Assembly (NCBI GenBank): GCA_965240325.2
Contig: OZ251226.1
Coordinates: 1,116,001-1,180,000, forward strand
Source of the DNA: Rebecca billardiae RCC1528
Lineage: Eukaryota; Protista; Haptophyta
Direction: 5' to 3'
DNA: 64,000 nucleotides
Shown here: positions 1 through 11,600 of the stretch, piece by piece
Position numbering within the stretch: the first letter of the stretch is position 1
How the letters are laid out: every line of letters starts with the position of its first letter
Position numbers and translations under genes: made by a program
The notes under the pieces: model-generated
Seen by the model: the letters and a program-made list of their open reading frames with translations, nothing else
Database searches by the model: none
Told to the model about the DNA's origin: nothing

Positions 1-1154
1 TGGTGAGCAGACATGGCAGCCGCGTCGAAGTGGTGCGAGCGCAGCGATGACGAAGCCAATAGACACTGCGCCAGAAGGGGGGGGTCCAAAATTGTCCCCG
101 CCGACGGCTCGATGGCTGCCGCACGTGCGTGCCCCGCGTGCCTTGCGCGTGTACGTGCACGGTAGGGCGTCCCGACAGCGAGGGCGGGGTGGCGTAGATG
201 GTCTCATGGGAGGTGTGCCCGTGTGCCGGAGACGCTTCGACACCTTGGTGGCGTGCCCACACCTCTCCTTGCCGCCGCTTGCCTGCTGCGTGCTCGGCCA
301 GCCGTGTTGAGAGCACGCCTGCGCGTGCATGGCCAATGTCAGGCGGATCGAGCCGTAGTGAGTGCGCGTGCGGGTACTCCTACCCGATGCGTCTCTCTAC
401 CACTGTCGCAAGCCCTCGTGCGCGTCGTGAAGCCTGTCGAATCCAGTCGGACACATGCCCAACATGCTCGCGAACAATGGCCGAGGAATGGCGTCAAATG
501 CGCTATTTGAAAATAAAACTGGCCATCAGCATGTCGCATACCACCATGATAACGTTGACACGTCGTGGGTTCGAGTGTCACACGGCTTAGGGTTGACTTA
601 CAAGAGCTACTGCATCGCGACCATCCGAAACACGGCCCTTGCATCAAATACATCAAATCGCGCGGCCGCATAAGACGGCAAGTACTGTAGTGCTGCGGCG
701 AATCATCGCGAGGCAAAGGACGAGGCAATGGTACTCACTGCGGCGTCGCTCACAGCGCAGGCAGGTGTTTGGCGCGGCTGCACTCTCGAGGTGGCTGGGA
801 TACAACATCCAGGTGCAGCACCCTCCCCGTGTGGTGTCAGAGCGCGCTCCCGAGCGCGTGCCTCCGAGCGCGGGGCGGCCGCTTGCTGCAATGGCCGCCT
901 CGATGAGGTGCGGCAACGCGCCCCTCACCTGCCTGCGCCGGTCTGTTTTGTGGCGGTGTCTTTGTGCAGTGTTGGATGGCGTCAATCACGCCTTAACCAA
1001 GTGTGCACGTTAAAACATAGTAAACTGTAGACAGAGTGTAGTGCCCAAGCACGGACTGCACGGAGTGCCATCAGACTGTTACTTACAGCCGAGCCATCCG
1101 CCAACTCACTCAACAGGCCAGTTGGCAGACTGTGCCGGATGAGTGCGGCACTCC

Positions 1155-4100
1155 TCAGCTCTCGATGGCCTCGTCGTGTCGCATCAGGAACGCGTTGTGC
1201 GACATCTGCCGCATCCCCACGGACGGCCTGATGGGAGGCGGCTTTGCCGACGAGCGCCGGCGCCCGAGGCGCCCGTATGGTTCAGCGGCTGGGCCCATCG
1301 GCATGCCTGCGGTGGCGGCGAGGCGCTGGGTGGGCGCGAGCTCCGATTGGCCGACCGGCGTGTTGGACAGGCGCCGTTGCTGCGCCGCTGCAAGCTCCGC
1401 CTGGCTCACCACCGGGGCGTTGGACAGGCGCCGTTGCTGCGCCGCGAGCTCGGCCTGGCCGACGACGGCGGCGTTGGACATGCGGCGTTGGGCCGCCGCG
1501 AGTTCCGCCTGGTGGCTCATGGCGTTGGACATCCGGCGCTCCGCCGGGCCCATGGCATTGGACATGCGGCGCTGCACCTCGGGGCTACCCGCCATGCGCG
1601 CCATGGCCGCTCCGGGCCCGAGCGAGAGCGGGGGCGGACCACCCGCGCCCGCGCCCGCGCCGTTGGCAAAGCCAGCATTCGACGCGCGCCGCAGCGCCGC
1701 GAGCGGCGGAGACCCGGAGGCGCCGCCATCGCCGATGGGTGCGAGCGCGCGGAGCGGCGGCGAGTTCTGCACCGCCGCGGCGGTGGCGGCGGCGGCGGCG
1801 GCGCCGCCCACGCCCGTCATCGGGCGCAGGCCTCGCAGCCTGTCCGCGGCCGCGCCGTGGCCGGCCGTGCCCGGCGCGCGCATCCACGCGGGCTGCGCGG
1901 TGCGCGCCTGCCACTCGGCTCCGCTGTAGCTCATGGCACTCTGCCGCAGGGGCTGGAGCGGCGTGCGGGGCGCGGCGGAGATCGACTCGCGCCGCGGCGC
2001 CGCGTACGACGGTACCGGCGCCGAGGCGGCCAGCGGCTGCAGCCTCAGCCTCTCCTCGTCCACCGCGCCACTCCCGTCGGCGAGGGACGGCACGCGATGC
2101 GGCCGGCGAGCGGCGGAGCCGTCCGGGTCGGTGGCGCCGCCGCCGAGCCACCGATCGCTGCCCTCCTCGCTGAGCGGCGGCGGCCCGTGCCACGGCCCGG
2201 CCGGCGGGGCTGCCAGGCTGAGGAGCGACGCGCCGCGCTCGCGCCGCGGCGGGCTGGCGCAGCGCATGCTATCCACGTCGCTCGCCTCCGCCGACTCCGC
2301 CTCCGAGTCCGGGTAGCCGCTCCCCGCGCCGTCCGCGCTCCCGAGATCGTCGAGATCGGTGTCGTCCCAACCGCCGTCATCGCCGCCGTGGTCCTCGCCG
2401 GCGCCGAGCGCGTGCTGGAGGAGCAGCGCGCGCCGCGCCTCGGAGAGCTCGCGGATCTCCGAGCCCGCAACCGACGAGTGCGCAGAGTGCGCGGCGGCCG
2501 ACCCGGGCGCCGAGCCGTCGGAGCACGTCGAGCGGCGCGCCGAGTCGAGCGATTCGTGGCCGGCCGCCGAGCCGCGCGACGACGAGAATGAGCTTCCGCC
2601 GAGCTGCTCGGAGAAGGCGTCGAGCTGCTGCGAGTCGTTCTCGCCAAAGGCGTGGCTCGCGCGGTCCTCCTCGTCCTCGTCGTCGAGCGCCGAGTGCAGC
2701 TGCGCGCGCTCCGAGGAGAGCGCGCTCCCGCCACCGTCGGCGTCGTCGCTACACACGCTCTGCGAGCGCGCCAAACCGCTCGCGCGCCGGCCGGCGCCGG
2801 GCTCGTGGTCGGACAGCGCGCGGAGGTCGTGCAGGGTGCGCACGCCGTCGTACCCACCGGCGGCGGGAGGCGGCGGGTCGGCCAGCGTGCGCCACCCGCC
2901 GCCGCCGAGCCCGCCGCCGCCATCGAGCCCAGCGCTGCCGCCACTGCCCGCAGAGCGAGGGGAGCTGGGGAGAGATTGCGATCTGGGGAGGCTGGGCTCG
3001 CTGCCGTCATCTGGCCCGCTGCTGCCGCGCCGCCCGCCGCCGCCGCCGCTGTTGAACGTGCTGTTGGCGTCGTCCTCGGCCCCGTCCTCGGCGCCCGCGA
3101 GGCCCCTCGGCGCCCGCCCGCCGCCCGCGCGCGCGAACGGCGCCATGGCCTCGTCCCAGGCCGCGCTCGGACGTTTCGCGGAAACTTCCTCGCGCGTGTG
3201 TGCGCGCAGGGCATCCGGACTCAGCCGGGCGACGGGTCCGGGGCCTTCGCCGCCCGGCGCGAGCGGCGCGGCGGTTGCGGGCGCGTGCGGGCGCAGCTGA
3301 TCGGCCGCGCCCCGCACCCCGCCGCAGTGCGTCCCGCCAGCTGCTCGGCCCACTGCGCCCGCCCCGGCGGCCATGCTGGCTGTGCCCGCTGTGGCGACCA
3401 CGCACGTAGCGCCGCCCGCCGCGCCGCGCGCTTGCGCCTCCAGACTGGGCGGGCCACGGCCCGGGCCGCCACCGGCCACGGCTGTGGCTGCGTGCGCGGG
3501 CGGCGAGGGGCCAGGCCAGCTCTCCGCGAGGGCCTCCACCGGAGCCGGCGCCCCGGCGGGGCGGCTGGCGCGGCGCCCGGCCGCTAGCTCTGGGCCGGCG
3601 CCGCGCGCGGCGGGCGCGCTGGCGACCGCCGCCTCGGCCGGCGCGGCGGCGGCGGCGGCCGACGCCTCAGTGTGGGCCTTGCGCTGGCGGGCGGAGGCGG
3701 TCTCCGCGTGCTTGCGTGCGCCAGGCTGGCGGGGGACCGAGGCCTCGGAGGGCCGGCGCGCGCCGGGCTGCCGGGCCGCCGCTGACTCGGACGGTCTCCG
3801 AGCGCCACCCTGCGTCGACTGTGAGCCTCCGCGGCCGCGCGCGCGGCTGGCCGCCTGGGCAGCTGCGCCGCCGTCTGCGTCCGCGGCGTCCGGCGTGGCG
3901 GCGGCGGCGGCGGCGTCGACGGAGGAGCCGCTGCTGCTGCCGCCGCTGCTGCCGCTCCCGAGCCCGCCGTCGACGCCCGAGCCGCTGCGCGCGTTGCGCG
4001 CACGGCGGCGGCGGCCGGCGCCGGCGCTACCGTCCTCCTGTGTGGCGGCGCGCGACGCGCGGCGTGGCTTGCGCGCTCGCTCGATGCCAGCGGCGGTCAT

Positions 4101-6659
4101 GGCGGCCTCGCGCTCGGCGTGGCTGAGCTGCACGCCGGCCGCGTCCGCCAGAGACAGCGCCTCCCGCACCAGATCGGCGGCGCGCTCCTTGGCTCCCGCC
4201 GCCGCGGCGTGCGCGGCCGTGCCGCCGTCAGCGCCAGGGCCGCCACTCCGCCCAGCGGCGCCGCTGCCCGCGCCGCCGCCGCCCATGCCGCCGCCGTCGT
4301 CCCCGGCGGTGCTCTGCGCGAGGGCCAGCGCGTCGCGCAGCCCCGAGTGCGCGAGCGAGACCGCGAGCACGTCCATCCCCGCCGCCACCTCGGCCGCCAT
4401 CGCGGCGCTCAGCGGCGGCTTGCTCTGTTTCGGCCTCGTGGCACCGCTCTCGGCGCCGTCACCGTCGCCGGCGCCGCCGCGCGCGCGCCGCCGCCCGCCC
4501 TGCGCCTCGCCGGCCTCGTCGTCCGCGTCCGGCCCAGCTCCCTCGAGGATACTGGCCAGCGCGCCCGCCAGCTTGTGCGAGCGCGCGCGCGCCTGGCTGG
4601 GGGAGGGCTGCGGCTTGGCGGCCGCATGCGCCGAGGGCGAGCTTTTTGCGCCTGCTTTGCTGCCACCGCCACTCGCAGGCTTGCTGCCGCGCCTCGCGCG
4701 CGCGCGGCCCGCCCTGTCCGATGGTCCGGCCGCGGCGGAGGGCGCGCCCGATTCGCTGCTGCCGCTGACGCGACGGCTCCCGCCCTGAGAGCGGCCGCCG
4801 CCGCCCGCCGCGCCACCCGCCGCCTTGGCGGCGGCGGCGGCGGCCGCCGCGGCCGCCGCCGCGCGCTTGCGCGAAGCAGGGGCCCACTTCCAGCCAGCGC
4901 CGAGCAGGCCTGCGGCGCCGCGCTCCGCCGAGTCCTCCGCGCCCGACTCGGAGCCGCCGTCCTCGGACTCGGCGTACGGCCCGAGCTTCCGCCGGCCGAG
5001 CGCCTCCCGCGCCTCGTCGATCGCGGCGCGCAGCTCGAGCCGCGCGAGCACGGACTTGCGCCGGCGCGAGTGGAGCACCCCGAGCAGGACGGCCGCGCCC
5101 TTTGCCTCCGACGCGGGCAGCTCGTCAAAGCCGCCGTCGTCGTCGTCGTCGTTGTCGAGGTCGCGCGCGCGCTCGGCCTCCGCCTCCGCCTCCGCCTCCG
5201 CCTGCTCGGACGAGGCGAAGAGGGCGAGCAGAGACTCGCGCGACAGCCCGCCGCTCGGCATACCGGCGGCGGCGCCGGCCACGTGCTCGTCGGCAGCGGA
5301 CGACGGTTTCGACGCCTTCTCGCCGGCGCCGGCCGCGGCCGAGGCCGCCGCCTTTGCGCGCATCACTTCGCGCGTGGGCGAGGTGCGCCCGCGCTCGGGG
5401 GACGCCTTGGTGCGCGAGCTCCGCCGGCGTGCGCCCGCGCCGCCCTCCTTCGGCGGCAGCGCCGGCTGGCCGCCTCCCTTTTCTGCGCCGCCTTTTTTGG
5501 AGCTGCCAAACGATGAGCGGCGGCGCGGCGCTCGGTGCGCGCCGCCGGTTGGCGAGCTCTGTGCCGCGGGCGCGCCGGCTGGGACCGCAGCGGTCGGAGT
5601 CGCGGCGGCGGCGGCGGCGGCGGCCGCGGCGCTCCCCGACACGCGCCGCTTCTGCTTCGATGGCTTGCCCCCGCGGCTCGCTCGGCGCGGGTGGCCCGCC
5701 TGCGCCTGCGGCTCTGACTGTCCCAGTGCCGGGAGTTGTGTCGGGCCGCCGGCCTCCGCGCCCTCGGCAGCCGCGCTCTCGGCGGCGGGCGCGACTGACG
5801 CGTCCCACAGGGCGCGATGCGCGCCGCCGGGCTGCCTGGTCGGCGACGCCGGTGCTGATGCCCCCGCGGCAGCGCCAGCCCCCGTCGGCGGCGGCATGCT
5901 GGCCGACGCCACGTTCGCCGCCTCCGCGGCCAGCCTGCCTCGCGCCTCCGCGTCCGCCTCCTCCTCCTTGTCGTGCGTGCGCACGGCGTGGAACTCGCGC
6001 AGCCTGCGCGGCGCGCGCACAATCTGCTTCGCCAGGGCCAGCCGCCGCTCGAGCTCGGCCCACGGGTCGGCGGTAGCCGCGGCGTGGTCCGCGTTCACGG
6101 CGGCCGTCGCGTCTCTCTCGAGCACCTCGAGGATCGAGTGGAGCCCCCTGCGCACGTCGTCCGCGTCGGCGGAGACGTCGGTCACTCGCTGCAGGAGCTG
6201 CGAGAGGAACGCCACGTACTCGCCTTCGTCCGCGCCAAAGTCGGTCCACGTGTCCACGAGCTCGAAGAGCCCCGCACAGAACGCAGACATGGGCATGCTG
6301 TCGGCATCGGCGGTCTCGCCGGGCGCGGCGGTGGACGCGCCGGGTCGGAAGAGGGCGAGATCGCTCGCCCAGTCCTGCAGCGCGAGAGCGCGCGCGGCCG
6401 ACTCGGGCGCGTCCTCCGCCGTGCTCCCGAGCACGCGCGAGATGCGCGTGTACAGCGCGCAGTAGTCGTCGAGCTTCATCCGATCGCCCTCCTGCAGGCC
6501 GACGGCGTTCCAGAAGCGCGCGATCGCGCCCAGGATGGCCGGCGAGCGCATGAGCAGGCGGCGCCATTCAAGCTGCTCGTCCGACTCCTCGGCCCCGTCC
6601 TCCGCCTCATCATCGTCGCTCGCCGCCCCGAAGGCACCCTCGCCGGGGTGGCGAGTCAT
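1155..6659 (-). CDS. Large low-complexity Ala/Gly/Ser/Arg-rich protein (~1834 aa) with a conserved N-terminal helical (possibly EF-hand-like) domain; paralog of 50119..53889
   Basis: Uninterrupted ORF. First ATG is at 6659 (the track starts at a GTG 10 codons upstream). The N-terminal block FWNAVGL...LALQDW...MPMSAFCAGLFELVDTWT...EYVAFL is shared with the ORF at 50119. The C-terminus carries RR[ML]SN repeats. Confidence 0.75.
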   Translation of the reverse strand: MTRHPGEGAFGAASDDDEAEDGAEESDEQLEWRRLLMRSPAILGAIARFWNAVGLQEGDRMKLDDYCALYTRISRVLGSTAEDAPESAARALALQDWASDLALFRPGASTAAPGETADADSMPMSAFCAGLFELVDTWTDFGADEGEYVAFLSQLLQRVTDVSADADDVRRGLHSILEVLERDATAAVNADHAAATADPWAELERRLALAKQIVRAPRRLREFHAVRTHDKEEEADAEARGRLAAEAANVASASMPPPTGAGAAAGASAPASPTRQPGGAHRALWDASVAPAAESAAAEGAEAGGPTQLPALGQSEPQAQAGHPRRASRGGKPSKQKRRVSGSAAAAAAAAAATPTAAVPAGAPAAQSSPTGGAHRAPRRRSSFGSSKKGGAEKGGGQPALPPKEGGAGARRRSSRTKASPERGRTSPTREVMRAKAAASAAAGAGEKASKPSSAADEHVAGAAAGMPSGGLSRESLLALFASSEQAEAEAEAEAERARDLDNDDDDDGGFDELPASEAKGAAVLLGVLHSRRRKSVLARLELRAAIDEAREALGRRKLGPYAESEDGGSESGAEDSAERGAAGLLGAGWKWAPASRKRAAAAAAAAAAAAKAAGGAAGGGGRSQGGSRRVSGSSESGAPSAAAGPSDRAGRARARRGSKPASGGGSKAGAKSSPSAHAAAKPQPSPSQARARSHKLAGALASILEGAGPDADDEAGEAQGGRRRARGGAGDGDGAESGATRPKQSKPPLSAAMAAEVAAGMDVLAVSLAHSGLRDALALAQSTAGDDGGGMGGGGAGSGAAGRSGGPGADGGTAAHAAAAGAKERAADLVREALSLADAAGVQLSHAEREAAMTAAGIERARKPRRASRAATQEDGSAGAGRRRRARNARSGSGVDGGLGSGSSGGSSSGSSVDAAAAAATPDAADADGGAAAQAASRARGRGGSQSTQGGARRPSESAAARQPGARRPSEASVPRQPGARKHAETASARQRKAHTEASAAAAAAPAEAAVASAPAARGAGPELAAGRRASRPAGAPAPVEALAESWPGPSPPAHAATAVAGGGPGRGPPSLEAQARGAAGGATCVVATAGTASMAAGAGAVGRAAGGTHCGGVRGAADQLRPHAPATAAPLAPGGEGPGPVARLSPDALRAHTREEVSAKRPSAAWDEAMAPFARAGGGRAPRGLAGAEDGAEDDANSTFNSGGGGGRRGSSGPDDGSEPSLPRSQSLPSSPRSAGSGGSAGLDGGGGLGGGGWRTLADPPPPAAGGYDGVRTLHDLRALSDHEPGAGRRASGLARSQSVCSDDADGGGSALSSERAQLHSALDDEDEEDRASHAFGENDSQQLDAFSEQLGGSSFSSSRGSAAGHESLDSARRSTCSDGSAPGSAAAHSAHSSVAGSEIRELSEARRALLLQHALGAGEDHGGDDGGWDDTDLDDLGSADGAGSGYPDSEAESAEASDVDSMRCASPPRRERGASLLSLAAPPAGPWHGPPPLSEEGSDRWLGGGATDPDGSAARRPHRVPSLADGSGAVDEERLRLQPLAASAPVPSYAAPRRESISAAPRTPLQPLRQSAMSYSGAEWQARTAQPAWMRAPGTAGHGAAADRLRGLRPMTGVGGAAAAAATAAAVQNSPPLRALAPIGDGGASGSPPLAALRRASNAGFANGAGAGAGGPPPLSLGPGAAMARMAGSPEVQRRMSNAMGPAERRMSNAMSHQAELAAAQRRMSNAAVVGQAELAAQQRRLSNAPVVSQAELAAAQQRRLSNTPVGQSELAPTQRLAATAGMPMGPAAEPYGRLGRRRSSAKPPPIRPSVGMRQMSHNAFLMRHDEAIES

Positions 6660-7093
6660 CCTCGCGGCCGGCTGGTGCCGCTGAAACACGGGAAGGAGCC
6701 GTGGTGAGGGTACCTTCGGAACGACGGATTCGTGGCTTCCGTCGTCAATAGGCCTTCATTACCCAGTCACCAGTGGAAGGCCCTTTTATTAGCATGTCTT
6801 ATTGCATCTGACCAGGGCTTCGTCAGCATGTGATTATGAAATCGGTTTTAAGCTCAATATGATCTCGTAGCAGTTATCAATTGTTGGCCCGAATTCACGA
6901 ACGGATTCTTAACCGCGTACTTATTGAGGCGAATATTCTAACACTCACTGTTCGTCAAGCTGATGAGTACTGCCAACGTACTACAGTATTGGTGTGCAAC
7001 CCGAACGTCATTAACCAAGCCGTTCAGTACTCAAGGTACTGGCCAAACGATCGCTCTGAGTCTGACGGCTGATGAAGCGGCGCTGTTGCCACC

Positions 7094-8450
7094 TCATCGT
7101 AGCCGGAAGTGCCGATTTCGATCCTGAGGGCGGTCACTGGCGTACGCGGCGGCGGCGTCGACCACGGCACGCAGCCTGTCCAAGTCGTACCCGCCCCGGC
7201 CGGCCTCCCGCTCCGGCGCAGCCGGTCCGTCCGTGCGGCCAGCGTCACCCGCGGCGCGGCGCGCTCGCACCATCTGCGCGACGGCGCGCACGCCAGCCGG
7301 CGGCTCGCCGTGCGCTCCGTCCTCCCCTGCGCCCAGCGCCTCCTCCAGATCTTCCAACGCGTCCTCAAGCGCAGCCGCTTCCGCGGCCTCCGCGGCCTCT
7401 GCGGCCTCCGCGGCCTCGCCCTCCTCGCCCTCGGCGCGCCGAGCGCGCCGCGCCTTGTCGACGTCGGCCGGCGACTGTCGATCGCCGAGCACGAGCTCTG
7501 CCAGCGCGACCTTGCTCGACTCGTCCATGGCCGGGCCGAGCAGGGTGTGCACGCCCAGCCGCAGGAATGCGAGCGGCAGCGCCTCCGCCACCGCACCCTC
7601 CGTGCGCATGCCGACAGCATCCGCCGCGTCGGCGCCCGCGCCGCGCGCGTCCGCGCTCAGCGCCCGCGCCAGCTCGCGCGCCAACGGCACCGCGCCCACG
7701 AGCGGGTACTTGTCGTGCGTCTCGAAGAACTCGAGCCAGCGGCGCGCCTCGGCGGCGCACGTGCGCGCCGCGGCGGAGCGCGCGCTCGCGCTCGCCGACT
7801 TGCGCAGCGCCGACGCGGCGCGGCGCACTGAGCCGATCAGGCAGGCCTCGGTCGTGCAGCCCGTGCAGAGGTGGAGCGTCGCGTCCCGGCCGGTGAACAC
7901 GTGGTAGGATGCGCCGGGGCCGTAGAAGCGGCGGCCGCGGCTCACGTCGTACACGCGCCCGGCGACAGAGACGTACAGCGGAGCGCCGTCCTCGCCGCGC
8001 GCGCCGGCCTCGCTGCTCCCGCCCGGCGGCGCGCGCAAGCGGCCGTCGAACTCGACGAGATCGCTCTCAGACAGGACAGGCACGCCCGAGTCATCGCCCA
8101 CGTCCAGCAGCTCCTCGGTGCCGAGGAGCATGGGCAGGATGAGCGCGTGCGACGCGTCGGCACCGAACCGCCGCTTCCGCGCCTTGTGCCGCGCGAGGTC
8201 GCGGAACAGCTGCCAGGCCCACGGCGCGCGGGCGGTACGTGAGCCGTGGGCGGTCGGCGAGGCGCAGCGTGGCGCGCGCGCGCGCGCGCAAGCGCTGCGC
8301 ACGCACCTTCATGAGAGCCAGATTGGCTGCGCGCGCTGGGGCACGGACGGTGTCCTCGGGCAGCACGAGGAGCGCCAGCGCGCAGGCGAGCACGACAACA
8401 AGAAGCGCATCGAAAAACCGGCCACAGCGCGATGCCGCCGCGGCCGCCAT
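7094..8450 (-). CDS. Cytochrome b5-like heme/steroid-binding (MAPR/neuferricin-like) protein with N-terminal TM anchor; exons 8450-8307, 8209-7094
   Basis: Motif [34 protein letters not shown]. The hydrophobic leader exon joins in frame through a GTGCGT...GGCAG intron. Confidence 0.85.
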
Positions 8451-8635
8451 CGCCCGATCAGCGGTTCGTCGGCGGTGGTCGTCGGTCAGTCGAATCTGTC
8501 GAATTGACTAGCTGACTCAGCCTGACAGCTAGACAGTCCGCGCAAGGGCTTGGTCCGCGGCTGCTGGCGTAATCAGACTCCACTGGCTAGAGACTCAGGC
8601 ACCCCGCAGCCACTTAGCAGGTCGCCTAGCCCTAG

Positions 8636-11600
8636 CTAGGACGCGACGCGCTGAGGCTGGCCGCGGCTCCGCAGCCCCCACGTCCGCGCCCGGCTCCCCT
8701 TGGGGCTCTCGTCTGTGGCGCGCGCCTCTGCGTCCTTGGACTCGCGCGCCCGGATCCTCTGGATCGCGTCGTGGTGCGCCGTATTGGCGAGCTTGATGCG
8801 CTGCGCCTTCTGCACCTCCTTGATCCACTTGGGCTTCTCCGGGACGATCGAGTAGATGATGAGGCAGCCGAGGGCTGTGCGCGCGTGGCGGCGCGCGCAG
8901 GCGAGCGTCGGGCGCGCGCGCGCGCGCACGCGTCGGTCAGGGCGGCGCCGGGCGCTCGGGCGGTGCCTCTCGGGCGCGGCAGCCGTCCGCGCCGCCGCCG
9001 CCGCCGCTCGTCCTCGGCGCACGCACGCACGCACGCACGCCGCGCGCGCACGCACGCACACACGCACACACGCACACACGCACGCACGCACGCACGCACG
9101 CCGCGCGCGCACGCACGCACACACGCACACACGCACACACGCACGCGCGCGCGCACGCACGCACGCACGCACACACGCACGCACACACGCACACACGCAC
9201 ACACGCACGCACGCACGCCGCGCGCGCACGCACGCACGCACGCACACACGCACACACGCACGCACACACGCACGCACGCACGCCGCGCGCGCACGCACGC
9301 ACGCACGCACACACGCACACACGCGCGCGCGCGCGCACGCACGCACCGAGCAGGTGCTCCCACACGAAGCAGACGACGACGCGCCACCACCATTTGACGT
9401 GCCCGTCCGCGTTCCAGAAGCGGTCGTGCTGCGGGTGCTCGGGGTCCTCCGAGTGCTGCGCCCAGCGGGCGGAGAGAGCGGGCAGGCGCGGAGGAGGCGT
9501 GGCGCGGCGCGGCACACGCGCGCGCGCTCGGGTCACGCTGTGCCGCACGCGCGCACGCAAGGCGCGTGGCGCGCTCGCGCCCGCTTCGCGCGCGCGCGAG
9601 GAGACTTGCGCCCGCGGGGCGCCCGCGGGGCCTCGGCTGCGCAAAGCAGAGACGCGCGGCCGCGCGCGCGCAACAGTCGCTCGGCCGCGCGCAGGGCGAC
9701 ATTCTCGCGCGCGCACGAGGAAGAAGATCTCAGCGGTGCGACTCGAGATGGTGGCAAAGGTGACGATCATCGGGATGGCCGCCCACACCGAGAAGACGAT
9801 GCAGTCGTCCCACGCGCCGACGGACTTGGCCTTCTTGGGCACCATCCGGCGGAACGCGTTGTTGATCTTGATCAGGTCCGTGCGCAGCTCGAGCTGGTTG
9901 TTCAGGTAGCACGCCACCGGCGTGAGCGGCCACACCACAGTGTACGTCGCGATGTACCCGATGAAGAGTACCACGTCGTAGTAGTCGTCCTGCGTGCTGT
10001 AACTCGGGAGCGCGAGCTCGTCCAGCGCCTGCAGCACGACGCGCGCCGTGTCCTCCTCGGCCGGCTCGCGGTGGGTCGAGAGCTCGCGCGGGTTGAACGA
10101 GTGCACGGTCTCGCGCTCCTGCGCCTCGCGCTCTGCCGGCTTCGCCTTCGAGTACGCCTTCGGGTCCATCGACGCGGACTTGGCGCGGCGCGCGTGCGCG
10201 CGCCGGCGCACGATCGACACCAGGATGAGGGGCCACACGTTTTCAAAGGTGAAGGCGGCAACCTGCGCGGGCGCGCGGCGCGGCGGGGGGCAAGGGGAGC
10301 AGAGCACAGGGCGGGCGGGTGAGGCCGGGCCGGGTGCTGGCGCGCTCCGGCGGGCGGGGCGGCACTCGGCGCGAGGCCACTCCGCCCACGCGCCCGACCG
10401 CATTGCCGTGCCCGCGCGCCAAGCCGTCCGTGCGGGCGGCTCACACGCGCGCACACACGCACACACACGCGCGCGCACACACACGCGCACACGCACACGC
10501 ACACACGCACACGCACACACACACACGCACACGCACACGCACACACGCACACGCACCTGGTTCATGCCGAGCATCGACGCGACCATCGTGTCGTGCTTGG
10601 CCATCCAGTAGTCCGCATCGCGCTCGTGCTGGATCAACTTGCCGAACAGCGGGAACTCCCACTGGCGCAGGTCGACGCCCGAGTCGACGAGCGGGATGTG
10701 AATGTACCCGAAGAACCACGACCAAAAGTACCCGTCGAGCCAAATAAAGACGAACAGATAATACACGTACTGCCGGTCGAACTGCTCTTGAAACGGCCAC
10801 TGCTCGCGCCGGGTGCACCACGCCGCCACGTAGGACCAGAGGACGTACTGCCCGAACATGATGCAGCCCACGTAGATGGCCGTGTTCAGAATGTACGTCT
10901 GAAAGTAGTACATCATCTCCTGCGAGCGTGCGTGCGTGCGTGCATGCGTGCGCGTGCGCGTGTGCGTGCGTGCGTGCGTGCGTGCGTGCGCGTGCGCGCG
11001 TGCGCGCGTGCGTGCGTGCGTGCGCGAGCAAGGGCGCGCCAGGGGCGGAGAGCGCAGGCGGGGAGGGCGGGGCAGGCGGGGTGCGCGCCGATGCGGCGGT
11101 GCCGCGTGGCGCGCACGCGGGGGGGGCGGGGTGGGGCGGAGCGCGGAGGGCGGCTCAGGCGAGGCGGGAGCGTCGGCGGCGCGGGGCGGCGCGTGGCGCG
11201 CGCGGTGCCATGCCGCGCGGCGCATCTGCCGCCAGGCGTCATCCGCCGCCCCACCCATTGCGCCGCCACCCTCGCCGTCCGCGCCGCCGCCGCCGCAACC
11301 GCCGCGGCGGCGGCTGCCGAGCGCGTGCGCGCCCCCTCGCCACGCGCGCGCGGCGCGCGAAGCACAGCGGCCTTCAAGAAGCACAGCGGCGCTTGAAGGC
11401 CAGGGTACACACGTAAGAATAAAGCAATAAAGATATAATAAGAGCAACAGCGGCGCACCTGTCCGGGCACGCCGTCGTACCGCTCGCACGCCCACACGTA
11501 TTGCGCGTAGGAGATGTATTCAATGCCCGTGAGGAGCAGCACCTGCAGCAGCATCTGCAGCGCGGTGTTGCCGAACGCGGGCATGCGGTTCCAGTTCGTG

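Noticed and set aside
1-1030. Lower-GC block with CACTG...GGGGGGGG near 64, possible TE remnant
   Set aside because: No matching opposite terminus, TSD or transposase motif found within the window.
1132-6707. Many long overlapping Arg/Ala/Pro-rich ORFs on both strands, here and throughout the window
   Set aside because: Shadow ORFs caused by very high GC and scarce stop codons; no motifs, and they overlap genes with clear homology.
8771-11495. ORFs with HARTHART / CVRACV repeats
   Set aside because: Translations of intronic microsatellites.
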